A stretch of DNA of 64,000 bases from Synechococcus sp. (GCA_047285805.1 JBJBCN010000002.1:1056001-1120000), one strand, 5' to 3'; shown: positions 9,752 to 19,872, numbered from the stretch's first letter. Notes: a model not told the origin generated them from the letters alone. Numbers and translations are program-made.

Positions 9752-11223
9752 CGGCGGGCCAATTCCCCGAAGCCCAGCAGTGGACCGGCCACTGAGGCAA
9801 TGGACTGGGGCAGGCGCCAGGTCCAGTTGTCCTCAGTTGTCCCGGGGGTGTTGAATCGAGCCTCATCCCCCAGGTGCAACAGGTCCTGCAGCGGCACCAG
9901 GGCCAATCCGGCGCTGGTCTGGAGGGCTAACTCCAGAAGCTGCCAGCCGGGGGCATGAACAGGTCCGGTCAGGTCCTCCACCTGAGCGCTCTGCTCCTGG
10001 CTGAGGTGCTGCCACCAGCCAATCGAGGTGGCGTTGTCATGGGTGCCCGTGTAGACGACCCAGTTCTCCCCCTCGATGTTGGCCGGGAGGTAGGGATTAG
10101 CTGGATTGCCGTCAAAGGCGAACTGCAGGATCTTCATCCCGGGCAAGCCAAAGCGATCCCGCAGGGCCTCCACCTCCGGGGTGATCACACCCAGGTCTTC
10201 GGCGATCAACGGCAGAGGCGAGGGCAGACGTCGCTGCAATTGGCGCAACAGACTGGCTCCTGGTGTCCGCACCCAATCCCCTCGCTCGGCGGTGCTGTCC
10301 GCACCAGGAACGATCCAAGCGGCTTCCAGAGCGCGGAAGTGATCGATCCGCAGCAGATCAAAAACCTCCAGCTGACGGCGCAACCTGCGCTTCCACCAGC
10401 GGAAACGGCTCAAGCGATGCAGCGCCCAGCGGTACACGGGCGTGCCCCAGAGCTGACCGGTCTCCGAGAAGTAATCCGGCGGCACACCACTCTGCAACCG
10501 GAGCCGTCCGGAGCGCTCCACCGAAAAGAGACGGCGATGACTCCAGACATCGGCGCTGTCATGGGCTACGTAGAAGGGGATGTCGCCGATCACCTGCACG
10601 CCGGCACGGCGGGCATGCTCGAGCAGCTGCTGCCACTGCACCTGAAGCTGCCACTGGAGCAGGGCTTCCCGCAGAAGCGGCTTCTCGTGGGAGTGGTCGA
10701 AGGCCTGGAGGGCCAAGCGCCGCCGGCGGGCCAGGGGAGCCGGCCAAGACCACCAGGGCTGACCACCCTGGCGTTGTTTCAGGACGACAAAGCGGCAGTG
10801 GTCCTTGAGCCAGTGGGCTTCCTGACCTCGCCACTCCTCAAAGGCCTGGCGCACCCTGGCATCCCAGCGTGGATAGCGCTGCAGCAGCGCATCAGCCATA
10901 GCGGCCGAGCGGCGCTGGGCCAGATCAAAGTCCAGCCGCGTTTGTTGCTCGGCCGAAGGAAGTCCGCGCAAGTCTTCGGCGCTGAGGAGACCAGTGGCCT
11001 GCAATGCATCCGCGTCAAGAAACCAGGGATTGAGGGCGAACGCACTGGGGGAGCTGTAGGGGGAACCCAAATCGTCGGTGGGCGCCAGCGGCAGGACCTG
11101 CCAGGCCTGAATGCCCTGGCTGGCGAGCGCCTCCACCCACTCGTGGGCAGCATCCCCAAACGTCCCGCAGGCTGGCGTTCCCGGTAGAGCCGTGACGTGC
11201 AGCAGGACCCCGGCGCGTCTCAT
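9739..11223 (-). CDS. malQ: 4-alpha-glucanotransferase (amylomaltase, GH77)
   Basis: RRAGVLLHVTALPG, SPYSSPS, GVPPDYFSETGQLWG, RIDHFR, IAEDLG, YTGTHDN; ATG at 11223 overlaps upstream stop (ATGA). Confidence 0.95.
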   Translation of the reverse strand: MRRAGVLLHVTALPGTPACGTFGDAAHEWVEALASQGIQAWQVLPLAPTDDLGSPYSSPSAFALNPWFLDADALQATGLLSAEDLRGLPSAEQQTRLDFDLAQRRSAAMADALLQRYPRWDARVRQAFEEWRGQEAHWLKDHCRFVVLKQRQGGQPWWSWPAPLARRRRLALQAFDHSHEKPLLREALLQWQLQVQWQQLLEHARRAGVQVIGDIPFYVAHDSADVWSHRRLFSVERSGRLRLQSGVPPDYFSETGQLWGTPVYRWALHRLSRFRWWKRRLRRQLEVFDLLRIDHFRALEAAWIVPGADSTAERGDWVRTPGASLLRQLQRRLPSPLPLIAEDLGVITPEVEALRDRFGLPGMKILQFAFDGNPANPYLPANIEGENWVVYTGTHDNATSIGWWQHLSQEQSAQVEDLTGPVHAPGWQLLELALQTSAGLALVPLQDLLHLGDEARFNTPGTTEDNWTWRLPQSIASVAGPLLGFGELARRYGR

Positions 11224-12437
11224 GGGTTGGGGAGCTTGTAGCAGCTGATGATCCGCTTGGCGAAGGTCGGAATGTGGGCGTCCACCTTCTCGGGGTGATT
11301 CCGGCGCAGCCAAATGGCGTTACGGGTGAAGTGGGAGTCTATGGAGAAGCGGCCGTACTCCAGCCCCTGGGGCCCAAAGCGACCCACAAAACAGCCAATG
11401 ATGTTAGCCAGCCATATCGGCAGCTTAATCGCCTTGTCGTAAGCCTCGATCCCCTGCTGCACCGCCGCTTGACGCTGTCCGCGGCTGGTCACCGGTGCGA
11501 CATCCAGTTCAGCCTCCACCAGATCAAGCAGTTGCTGACCGCGGGGGTTGCGTACGGTGAGCCATTGGCGGCCAAACGTCGCCCCCATATAGCCGACCAC
11601 CAGGTCAGCGCCGGCATTGGTGTAGTCAAAGCAGCTCAGACAGCTCGGTGCGAAGACATCCTTTAGCTTCGGGGTGTCCAAACCGAAGAAGGGAACCGTC
11701 TCATCACGGCCATCGCTGTGGCGGAAGTGGATCCGGAAATCCTGCATGAACTCGTAGTGCACCACAGTCTCCGGGGAGGTGACCGTTGTCTCCAGGAAGG
11801 TCTGCAGGCCCTCCCGCGAGACGTTGTCGGTGCAGGGCAGACCCAGCACATAAAGCTGGTCGAGGGGCAGGGTGGACTCCACCGCCCGCAGGGCCTGGAT
11901 CTGGCAACCCACGCCGATGACCAGAAGATTGCGGATGCCACTGCCTGGCAGCTGCTCCAGCACCTCCAGGTTTGGGGAGAGGGTGGGTTTGTTTACCCGT
12001 GCACTGAGCACCTCCTCTGGGGTGCGGGCCAAGCGGGGGACCGGGGTGAAGCGATCGTCGTCGCTTTGCCCGACGCAGAGCACTGCATCCACCAGGCCAC
12101 TCTCCAACGCCAGGACACCAATGCGGCTCGCGATCCCGGTCCACTGGGCTCCAGCAATGGGCTGCTGCAGGCGGGCGGTGAGCATCCGCTGCTGCACTCC
12201 GAAGTAAAGCTCGTCCTCGTTCTCGAGATCACGGCTGCGGCCATGGGCCGCGGTCTCCATCGCCTCAAAGCGCTGGTTCAAAAAGGCGCAGCTGTCTTTG
12301 ACATAGGCCACCCAACGGCTGTCGCAGAGGCCGCACTGGCTACAGAGGTCCTTCGCTGGATAGGTGCTGCCCTTGGCCAGGGGCTTGGCCCGATCATGGG
12401 GCAGCGGTGAGCCTGGGGAGGAGGCGGCGACAGACAA
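11220..12437 (-). CDS. bciB: FrhB-family ferredoxin-dependent 3,8-divinyl (proto)chlorophyllide 8-vinyl reductase (BciB type)
   Basis: CSQCGLC..C Fe-S motif, GAQWTGI, GVGCQIQALR, PCTDN, SCLSCFDY; start uncertain (TTG 12437 or GTG 12473). Confidence 0.85.
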   Translation of the reverse strand: MSVAASSPGSPLPHDRAKPLAKGSTYPAKDLCSQCGLCDSRWVAYVKDSCAFLNQRFEAMETAAHGRSRDLENEDELYFGVQQRMLTARLQQPIAGAQWTGIASRIGVLALESGLVDAVLCVGQSDDDRFTPVPRLARTPEEVLSARVNKPTLSPNLEVLEQLPGSGIRNLLVIGVGCQIQALRAVESTLPLDQLYVLGLPCTDNVSREGLQTFLETTVTSPETVVHYEFMQDFRIHFRHSDGRDETVPFFGLDTPKLKDVFAPSCLSCFDYTNAGADLVVGYMGATFGRQWLTVRNPRGQQLLDLVEAELDVAPVTSRGQRQAAVQQGIEAYDKAIKLPIWLANIIGCFVGRFGPQGLEYGRFSIDSHFTRNAIWLRRNHPEKVDAHIPTFAKRIISCYKLPNP

Positions 12438-12542
12438 GGACTTGGCCGGGCGAGGCCACAACCTATCTGGCACGACTGCAACAACGTCGTCTGGGGCGGG
12501 TGACCTACGTCAAAGTGGTGCGTCCCTTTCAGCCGCCCGTCC

Positions 12543-13475
12543 ATGGCGAATCGCCCGCAGCGCAGTGCTCGCCAACGGGCCTCGATCCGTCTTTTGGCCG
12601 CTGGGGCGGGAATCGTGGCGGGCCTGGGGACCCTGAGCCTGGTCTGGCCCCTTCAAGACCGCTCCGCCAAAGAGGACGGTCGGCCCAACGCCGACGCCCT
12701 CGGGGAGCGGCCCAACCGGATCTTGAACGTGCTGCTGATCGGCAGTGATGCGGACCGTCCAGGCACCATCAGCAATGGTGCCGCCCCCGCCGGACCCGCC
12801 AACAGCGACGCGCTGCTGCTGGTCCACATCGACCCCGACGGCCCCGTGCAGGTCATGAACCTGCCGGTTGAAGCGGCGGTGCGCCTCCCCGGAGACGCGA
12901 CGCCGGTCCCCCTCGGAAGCCTCTACCGGCGCGGCGGTACGGCCCTGGTGGCCAGCGCGAGCGCCGAGCTGCTCGGGCTCCCGGAGGGGGAGCCCGAGCG
13001 TTACGTCGTGCTGACCCGCACCGCCCTACGGGAGCTGGTGGATGGGATGGGCCGCCTGGAGCTGGCCCCTGACCGGACCATGGCCTACACCGACCAGAGC
13101 CAGAAGCTGACCATCGCCCTGCAGGGAGGCCTGCAGCAGCTGAACGGTGCCCAAGTGGAGCAGTACCTGCGCTTCAAGGACCCAATGAACGGGGAGGAGC
13201 GCCGACGTGACCGCCAAGAGCTGGCGATTACGACCCTGCTGCGGCAGATGCGGCAGGGAACCCAGCTCCAGCGCCTGCCGACCCTGGTCAGCGAACTGCG
13301 GCCCCAGGTGGACACCAACCTCACTCCCCAAGAGGTGCTGAGCCTGATGGCGGTGGCGCTTCAGCCCGGCCAAACCGTCCAGTTCCAGACCCTCAGCCTG
13401 CGGCCCGCCTTCAATGGGAAGGCATCGATGCGGGAACTGGAGGAGCAGCGGCTGCAGCCCCGCTGGCCGCAATAA
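12543..13475 (+). CDS. LCP (LytR-CpsA-Psr) family protein
   Basis: N-terminal TM, NVLLIGSD, NSDALLLV, LNGAQVEQYLRF, RRDRQ, DTNLT. Confidence 0.85.
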   Translation: MANRPQRSARQRASIRLLAAGAGIVAGLGTLSLVWPLQDRSAKEDGRPNADALGERPNRILNVLLIGSDADRPGTISNGAAPAGPANSDALLLVHIDPDGPVQVMNLPVEAAVRLPGDATPVPLGSLYRRGGTALVASASAELLGLPEGEPERYVVLTRTALRELVDGMGRLELAPDRTMAYTDQSQKLTIALQGGLQQLNGAQVEQYLRFKDPMNGEERRRDRQELAITTLLRQMRQGTQLQRLPTLVSELRPQVDTNLTPQEVLSLMAVALQPGQTVQFQTLSLRPAFNGKASMRELEEQRLQPRWPQ

Positions 13476-13944
13476 GGCGCAAACGCAGCTCGGCTGAGGC
13501 CTCCTGATCGCCCAGTTGCCCCAACCAAGGCAGTCCCTCAGCGCGGCGGTCCGCGGGGCTCCAGTCCCCACCCGCCTGAATCAACCCCAGGAGAGGCACG
13601 CGGTAGTGACGCAGCAGCGCCCAATGGCTCCGGGCGAAACCCGCGGCACGATCGGCGTCGCTGCAGACCAGACAGGTCGGAATGCGCCAGGACCCCAAGG
13701 CCTCAGCCCAGCACTCCCATCCCGAAACGGTCCGCCCCGGGTCGTGCGTCAAGGGTTGAAGCCAACCCGGCGACTCCGCCGTGAGCGCTTGAAACGACCG
13801 ATTGCAATCAGCAAGATCGCTCTGCCAGACAGGCAGGAGACGCCACTCACAAAGTTGAGCGAGCTGTGCAGCGGACGTGCCGATTCGCCCAGCAGGTGCC
13901 ACCAAAAACAACCCAGAGTTGGTGCTGAATTCGGGGCGATTCAT
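13411..13944 (-). CDS. Conserved picocyanobacterial hypothetical protein, possibly a degenerate dethiobiotin-synthetase-like fold
   Basis: Fills the gap between LCP and prs; WAEALGSWRIPTCLV and VPLLGLIQ..GLPWLG segments; 3' end overlaps the LCP gene by 65 nt. Confidence 0.6.
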   Translation of the reverse strand: MNRPEFSTNSGLFLVAPAGRIGTSAAQLAQLCEWRLLPVWQSDLADCNRSFQALTAESPGWLQPLTHDPGRTVSGWECWAEALGSWRIPTCLVCSDADRAAGFARSHWALLRHYRVPLLGLIQAGGDWSPADRRAEGLPWLGQLGDQEASAELRLRLIAASGAAAAAPPVPASMPSH

Positions 13945-14024
13945 CAACGGATAGGGCTCCAGAGTGCTGACCACGTGCCGGGCGGCTTCTACGATCGGTG
14001 TTCTACCGTCCAACCAGCGGCCCC

Positions 14025-15020
14025 GTGACCAGTTTCCTGACCGCAGAACGGGTCGATCAGGCAAGCATGGGCCACGACACCAAGCGCCTTCGGCTGTTCA
14101 GCGGCACCTCAAACCAGGCCCTGGCCCGCGAAATTGGGACCTATCTCGGGGTTCCGGATGGCCCGCGGGTGATCAAACGCTTTGCGGACGGCGAGCTCTA
14201 CATCCAGATCCAGGAATCGATCCGGGGCTGTGACGTCTTCCTGATCCAACCCACCTGCGCTCCGGTGAACGATCACCTAATGGAGCTGCTCGTGATGGTG
14301 GATGCCTGCAAACGTGCCTCGGCCCGGCAGATCACGGCGGTGATTCCCTATTACGGCTATGCCCGGGCCGACCGCAAGACGGCCGGACGCGAGTCCATCA
14401 CCGCCAAGCTTGTGGCCAACCTGCTCGCCAAGTCGGGTGTGGACCGGGTGCTGGCCATGGACCTGCACTCCGCCCAGATCCAGGGCTATTTCGATATTCC
14501 ATGCGACCACATCTACGGCTCACCGGTGCTGGTGGATTACCTCGCCGGCCGTGACCTCGGCGATGTCGTCGTGGTCTCCCCGGACGTTGGTGGTGTGGCC
14601 CGGGCCCGCGCCTTCGCCAAGCAACTCGGTGATGCCCCTCTGGCGATCATCGACAAGCGCCGCTCGGGCCACAACGTGGCCGAGAGCCTCACGGTGATCG
14701 GCGATGTGGCGGGCAAAACCGCGATCGTGATCGACGACATGATCGACACCGGCGGCACCATCTGCGCCGGCGCCCGCCTGCTACGCCAGAACGGCGCCAC
14801 GCAAGTGCTGGCCTGCGCCACACACGCCGTCTTTTCCCCACCTGCGGTGGAACGCCTGTCTGAGCCGGGGCTATTCGCGGAGGTGATCGTCACCAACTCC
14901 ATCCCCCTCAGCAAAGACCGCCGATTCCCGCAGCTTCAGGTGCTCTCGGTGGCCAACATGCTCGGTGAAGCGATCTGGCGCATCCACGATGAGAGCTCCG
15001 TGAGCTCGATGTTCCGTTGA
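14025..15020 (+). CDS. prs: Ribose-phosphate pyrophosphokinase
   Basis: RFADGELYIQIQESIRG, PYYGYARADRK, VSPDVGGVARA, DDMIDTGGT; GTG start at 14025. Confidence 0.97.
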   Translation: MTSFLTAERVDQASMGHDTKRLRLFSGTSNQALAREIGTYLGVPDGPRVIKRFADGELYIQIQESIRGCDVFLIQPTCAPVNDHLMELLVMVDACKRASARQITAVIPYYGYARADRKTAGRESITAKLVANLLAKSGVDRVLAMDLHSAQIQGYFDIPCDHIYGSPVLVDYLAGRDLGDVVVVSPDVGGVARARAFAKQLGDAPLAIIDKRRSGHNVAESLTVIGDVAGKTAIVIDDMIDTGGTICAGARLLRQNGATQVLACATHAVFSPPAVERLSEPGLFAEVIVTNSIPLSKDRRFPQLQVLSVANMLGEAIWRIHDESSVSSMFR

Positions 15021-16141
15021 AGCGCAGGCTGGTTGGCCTGCTGCTCCTTGGACTGCTGGCCCCCCTTGCCACCCTGGCGAAGGAGCCGGAACCGAGACGA
15101 ATTGGCGCCTGGCTGACCAACAGCCCAAGCCCGCTGTACTACTCGAAGCAGCGGATCAACGAAGCCATTGAGGAGCTCAGTGCGGCGGGCTTTAACACCC
15201 TTTACCCCAACGTCTGGAGCCGCGGCACGACCTTCCACAGGAGCCGCTGGGCGCCGATGGAGCCAGCACTACTCCAGAGCGACCCCAATCTCGATCCGAT
15301 TTGCCGCTTCACTGAGGCAGCCCACCGGCGCGGCCTGCGGGTAATCCCCTGGTTTGAGTACGGCCTGATGGAGCCGGCGGATGCCGCGGTGGTCCGCGAG
15401 CACCCCGAATGGGTGCTGCAGAACAGCGCCGGTCAACGCAACGTGCCCATGCACGGCAAACAGATGGTCTGGCTCAACCCTGCTCACCCTGGTGTAAGGG
15501 AGCGGTTCCTCGGGCTGATCGGCGAGATCGTGCAGCGCTGCAAGGTCGATGGCATTCAGCTCGATGACCACTTCGCCTGGCCCGTGGAACTCGGGTACGA
15601 CCCTTACACCCGCGCGCTCTACCGCGAGGAGAACGGCCAAGAGCCGCCGGAGCGGCACACCGACCGGGCCTGGATGAACTGGCGGCGCCGCCAACTGACG
15701 GGTCTGTTGCGCGACTTACGACGCACGCTGAAGGAGAGCGGCCAAGGGAATCCCTACGTCAGCCTCTCCCCCGGCCCATTCCGCTTTGCCTACAACCACT
15801 GGCTACAGGACTGGGAAATCTGGGCCCTGGGGGGGCTGATCGATGAGCTGGTAGTGCAGAACTACGCCTATTCCTTGGCGGGGTTTCAAAAAGACCTGGA
15901 GCAGCCCGCGCTGACCAAATCGAGCAGCTGGGGCATCCCCGTGGAGATCGGCATCCTGGCGGGTTTTGGCGGACGGACAACACCGTTGCCGGAACTGAGT
16001 GAACGGGTCACATTGGCCGCAGCACGCGGCCACGGGGTCATTTATTTCTACTGGGAGGGCCTGTGGGGGACCCACGCCGGTCCGGAGGGAGCCGCCCTAC
16101 GGCGGGAAGGCCTGAAGCAGCTCCACCAGGCCCTGCCCTAG
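15017..16141 (+). CDS. GHL10 / DUF187 glycoside-hydrolase-like protein with signal peptide
   Basis: Signal peptide; GFNTLYPNVW, IPWFEYG, WLNPAHP, DGIQLDDHF. Confidence 0.85.
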   Translation: MKRRLVGLLLLGLLAPLATLAKEPEPRRIGAWLTNSPSPLYYSKQRINEAIEELSAAGFNTLYPNVWSRGTTFHRSRWAPMEPALLQSDPNLDPICRFTEAAHRRGLRVIPWFEYGLMEPADAAVVREHPEWVLQNSAGQRNVPMHGKQMVWLNPAHPGVRERFLGLIGEIVQRCKVDGIQLDDHFAWPVELGYDPYTRALYREENGQEPPERHTDRAWMNWRRRQLTGLLRDLRRTLKESGQGNPYVSLSPGPFRFAYNHWLQDWEIWALGGLIDELVVQNYAYSLAGFQKDLEQPALTKSSSWGIPVEIGILAGFGGRTTPLPELSERVTLAAARGHGVIYFYWEGLWGTHAGPEGAALRREGLKQLHQALP

Positions 16142-18846
16142 GCCAACTGCAAGCACTGATCCACCACTTCCCGGCTGTTCGGAGAGAGAGGGGCCGCGGA
16201 CAACTGCTTGAGGGCCTCCAGCATGCGCTCAGAGCGCGCCGAGCCGTAGCTCTGCCAGCGGCTGAAGACCTTGGCCATCCGCGACGCGGTAATCGGATTG
16301 CGCTGGTCCAAAACCGCAATTTGCTCGGCCATGAAGCGATAGCCGCTGCCATCGAGGGCGTGGAATTGGCTGACGTTGCCGGCAAAGCCCCCCAGGACCG
16401 CACGCAACGAGTTCGGTGCCGCCGGATCAAAACGGGGGTGATCTATCAGCTGCCGCACCCGCGCGACGCCATCCCCGAAGGGAGTAGCCGCCTCCAGACC
16501 AAACCAGGCATCCAGGATCACGGGCTTCTCCTGCCAGCGATCGTGGAACGCCTGCAGGGCCGCACTGCGCTCAGCGCTGTCGATGGACTGCAGCGCCCGC
16601 AGACCAGCCCTCGAGAGGGTCATCGACGGCCCTGAGACCGCCGCCGCTGCCTCGGCACGAACCCCAGCATCACCGGCCGCCACACGCAAACTCCAGATGG
16701 TGGCAGTGAGATCGCGATCGCCCACGCCCTCCGGCCAGTGCTGCTGCCACTGTTTACGGCAACTGGCTAAGACCGTCTCCAGCGGGCCCTTCAGCTGGTC
16801 ACCCAACCGGGCCCGCAGGGCTAAGACCGCCTCAAACAACGCCGGCGGATCCACCGTTCCATTCTGGGCCAGAGCCGCATCCTCCAGCTCCGGTAATCCG
16901 GGGGGAGCCATCAGGGCACTGCGGTACGAATCCCCCAGGTCCGCCTCCAGAAGGATCCGCTCAAAGGCGGCCATCAGGCCCTCCTCGAGCTCGTCATTGA
17001 TCGAGCCCGACGCTCGCTCCAACAGGGCCTGACGCAGCAGGACCTGGCCGGCATCCCAGCGGGCAAAGGATTCGCTGTCGCACGCGAGCAGATGCAGGAG
17101 CTCATTGATGGAGCGCTCCATCGCGACACGCACCGGGGCCGAGAAGCCGCGTGGCAAAGAGACCGCCGGTGGGTGGGAATGGGCCTCGAGCCCCACGAAC
17201 AGCAGGTCTTGCTCAGCGCGGTCGATCACAAAGAGGCGACTGGCGCTGCCCCATTCAGCGGGGAGCGTGGCTCCGACCACGTCTTGGGCGTGCTCCCCAG
17301 GCAACTGGAGGGGCAGCGGATCACCGCCTTGCCCCACCAGGCCAAGCACCAGGGGGATCACGACCGGCTCCTTCTGGGATTGTCCAGGGGTGGCTGGGGT
17401 GGTCTGACGCACGGTCAGCCTCAGGGTGCCGGCATCACCATCCCAGTGACGCTCGATTTGCAACTGGGGCGTGCCCGCCTGGCTGTACCAGCGGCGGAAC
17501 TGCTGAAAATCAAAACGGGGCAACGCTGCGCCAGCAGTCCAAGCCTGCTGAGCGGCATCTTCCATCGCTTGAACGAAGTCCTGACAGGTGGCGGCGGTGC
17601 CGTCATAACGGCTCACATAGAGAGCCATGCCCCGCATGAACGTCTCCTCACCCAACAGAGTGTGCAACACGCGGATGACTTCGGAGCCCTTCTCGTAAAT
17701 CGTCGTTGTATAGAAGTTGTCGATCGCCTGGTAGTGATTCGGCTGAATCGGATGGGCCGTCGGTCCCGCATCCTCCCGGAACTGGGTATTGCGCAGCAGG
17801 GCCACATCTTCAATGCGCTTCACCTCCGGTGAATGCAAATCCGCCGTGAAACTCCCGTCACGAAAGACTGTGAGTCCCTCCTTAAGCGAGAGCTGAAACC
17901 AGTCGCGGCAGGTGATGCGGTTGCCTGTCCAGTTGTGGAAGTACTCGTGGCCGATGACACTTTCAATGCGCTCTAGCTCGGCATCCGTAGCGGTCTCCGC
18001 ATCCGCAAGCACCAATTTGGAGTTGAAGATGTTGAGACTCTTGTTCTCCATCGCGCCCATGTTGAAGTGGCGCACCGCGACGAGATTGAACTCCTCGAGG
18101 TCGTACTCGAGGCCATAGCGGCGCTCATCCCAGGCCATAGAGCGCTTCAGGGAAGCCATCGCGTGGGCCGTGAAAGGCGCATCCCCAGGCTCGACATGAA
18201 TCCGAAGCTGAACCGTCCGGCCGCTGCAGGTGACGAATTGATCACGCACCTCCTCCAAGGCGCCCGCCACCAGGGCGAAAAGGTAGGAGGGCTTCGGGAA
18301 GGGATCGTCCCAGACGGCGTAGTGACGGCCGGGCTCCCCAGGGATCGCCCCCTTCTCCAGGCAGTTGCCGTTAGAGAGCAGCACCGGGCAGATGGCTTGA
18401 TCGGCTTCGATCCGCACCCGGAAACGACTCAGAAGATCAGGGCGGTCGGGATGGAAGGTGATCCGCCGAAAGCCCTCGGCCTCGCATTGGGTGGTGAAGA
18501 GGCCACCGCTTACGTAGAGCCCCTCAAGGCTGCTGTTGGTCTGGGGCTGGATCTTGACCCGGGTGCGCAGATGGAAGGCCGTGTCCGGTGGCGTCAGCAG
18601 CACCAACTTGCCGGGTTCCAGCCGATAGGCCTCCGGGGCGAGCAACTCGCCGTCCAGCTCAATCGAGAGCAGCTCCAGTTGTTCCCCCAAGAACTCCCAG
18701 GGAGCCGCCTCAGCGGCGGCTCCTGCGGGAATCAGGTGAAACTCGGCTTCGACCACGGTGTGATCGGCATACAGCTTGAACAACAGCTGGGTGTGATCGA
18801 TCGTGAACGGGGCCGGGCGGTAGTCAGCGAGGCGGACGGTGGCCAT
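16138..18846 (-). CDS. pepN: Aminopeptidase N (M1 family)
   Basis: TQCEAEGFRRIT, GAMENK, HEYFHNW zinc motif, YEKG. Confidence 0.97.
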   Translation of the reverse strand: MATVRLADYRPAPFTIDHTQLLFKLYADHTVVEAEFHLIPAGAAAEAAPWEFLGEQLELLSIELDGELLAPEAYRLEPGKLVLLTPPDTAFHLRTRVKIQPQTNSSLEGLYVSGGLFTTQCEAEGFRRITFHPDRPDLLSRFRVRIEADQAICPVLLSNGNCLEKGAIPGEPGRHYAVWDDPFPKPSYLFALVAGALEEVRDQFVTCSGRTVQLRIHVEPGDAPFTAHAMASLKRSMAWDERRYGLEYDLEEFNLVAVRHFNMGAMENKSLNIFNSKLVLADAETATDAELERIESVIGHEYFHNWTGNRITCRDWFQLSLKEGLTVFRDGSFTADLHSPEVKRIEDVALLRNTQFREDAGPTAHPIQPNHYQAIDNFYTTTIYEKGSEVIRVLHTLLGEETFMRGMALYVSRYDGTAATCQDFVQAMEDAAQQAWTAGAALPRFDFQQFRRWYSQAGTPQLQIERHWDGDAGTLRLTVRQTTPATPGQSQKEPVVIPLVLGLVGQGGDPLPLQLPGEHAQDVVGATLPAEWGSASRLFVIDRAEQDLLFVGLEAHSHPPAVSLPRGFSAPVRVAMERSINELLHLLACDSESFARWDAGQVLLRQALLERASGSINDELEEGLMAAFERILLEADLGDSYRSALMAPPGLPELEDAALAQNGTVDPPALFEAVLALRARLGDQLKGPLETVLASCRKQWQQHWPEGVGDRDLTATIWSLRVAAGDAGVRAEAAAAVSGPSMTLSRAGLRALQSIDSAERSAALQAFHDRWQEKPVILDAWFGLEAATPFGDGVARVRQLIDHPRFDPAAPNSLRAVLGGFAGNVSQFHALDGSGYRFMAEQIAVLDQRNPITASRMAKVFSRWQSYGSARSERMLEALKQLSAAPLSPNSREVVDQCLQLA

Positions 18847-18858
18847 GCGGGGGAAGAA

Positions 18859-19366
18859 TCACCAAGGAAAGGGCCCCCGCCCCGTCACAACGCTGCAGCC
18901 CATCTGAGAGCCGAGCAGAGCACCAAGGGGGATCGCCCATGCCCGACCATCCTGGCGGGAGAGCGCATAGGCCGCCGCCCCTCCGGTTAAGCAGCCCAAG
19001 AGTCTTCCCGTGTTGCAACGCTGCGGCGTGGAGCGGACCTGACGCCAGGGTTCTTGCTCGTTGAAGGGCGATTCACGCACATCGCCTGCTGGAGCGTGCG
19101 GAGCGGCTGAGCATCGCTTATTGGCTTTCAGATTGGCGCGATGCCAGCGCTCGGAATGGTGTTGACGCCAATGCTGAGAACGTGACCAGGGGCGCTCAGC
19201 CTTGAGCTGCCCGGATGCCAGCGGTGCTCCTGCCGGCCATTGCGCTACCAGCGCGCGAAGTGGGCCAAGGCCGGCGTCGGCAGAAGGCTCACTAGAGGGG
19301 TGTGGCCGCGCAAACCTGCAAGAGCGATCGTCCGCTGCGCAGACCGAAGCGAGAAGAGAAGGTCAT
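18859..19366 (-). pseudogene. Disrupted secreted glycine-zipper (2TM) protein gene; intact C-terminal ORF at 18859-19080
   Basis: C-terminus CNTGRLLG..GG...WAIPLGALLGSQMGC; upstream ATG, signal-peptide-like and His/Arg/Trp-rich parts lie in different frames with an internal stop. Confidence 0.5.
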
Positions 19367-19458
19367 CAAAGGAGTTCAAATCGGGGACCTCTCCAGACAA
19401 CCTCCGCTGAAGCACAGATCTCTAACTGAGGCCGGCCTGACCTACGACCAGATGCGAC

Positions 19459-19872
19459 TCAAGGCTTTTTGACTGGGGCCTTGGGTTGGGCGGTGCGTCC
19501 TTTCACCGCTTCTTCCACCTTGGCTTTGACATCAACCGGCACCTCATTGGGGCAAACCTCAACGGCACCAAGGACGGCCGAATTAATCGAGCCCCGGCGC
19601 AGCTCTTCGATGGACAGAGGCTTGGTGCCCACCTGTGCAATCTGCGACTGGTGCCCGCCCTGTATCACCTGGGCGATCGTTTCACCGGCGATCGCTACAG
19701 CTTTGTCAAATTCGATGTCCGCCGCGCGGGCGATGCAGACATTAAGGGCCGCGATGCGCGTATAGAGGTTCATCTCCGCCTCAGTGGCCGGGGCAGCTTG
19801 AGCCGAGAGCGGTGCGATCCAGAGGACCAATGGCAGGATCAGCAGACCGAATTGGCTTCGAGACAAACGCAC
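19459..19872 (-). CDS. Conserved picocyanobacterial secreted protein (homologues often labelled cAMP phosphodiesterase, not supported by motifs here)
   Basis: Signal peptide ending AQA-A, two Cys, typical codon usage. Confidence 0.65.
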   Translation of the reverse strand: MRLSRSQFGLLILPLVLWIAPLSAQAAPATEAEMNLYTRIAALNVCIARAADIEFDKAVAIAGETIAQVIQGGHQSQIAQVGTKPLSIEELRRGSINSAVLGAVEVCPNEVPVDVKAKVEEAVKGRTAQPKAPVKKP

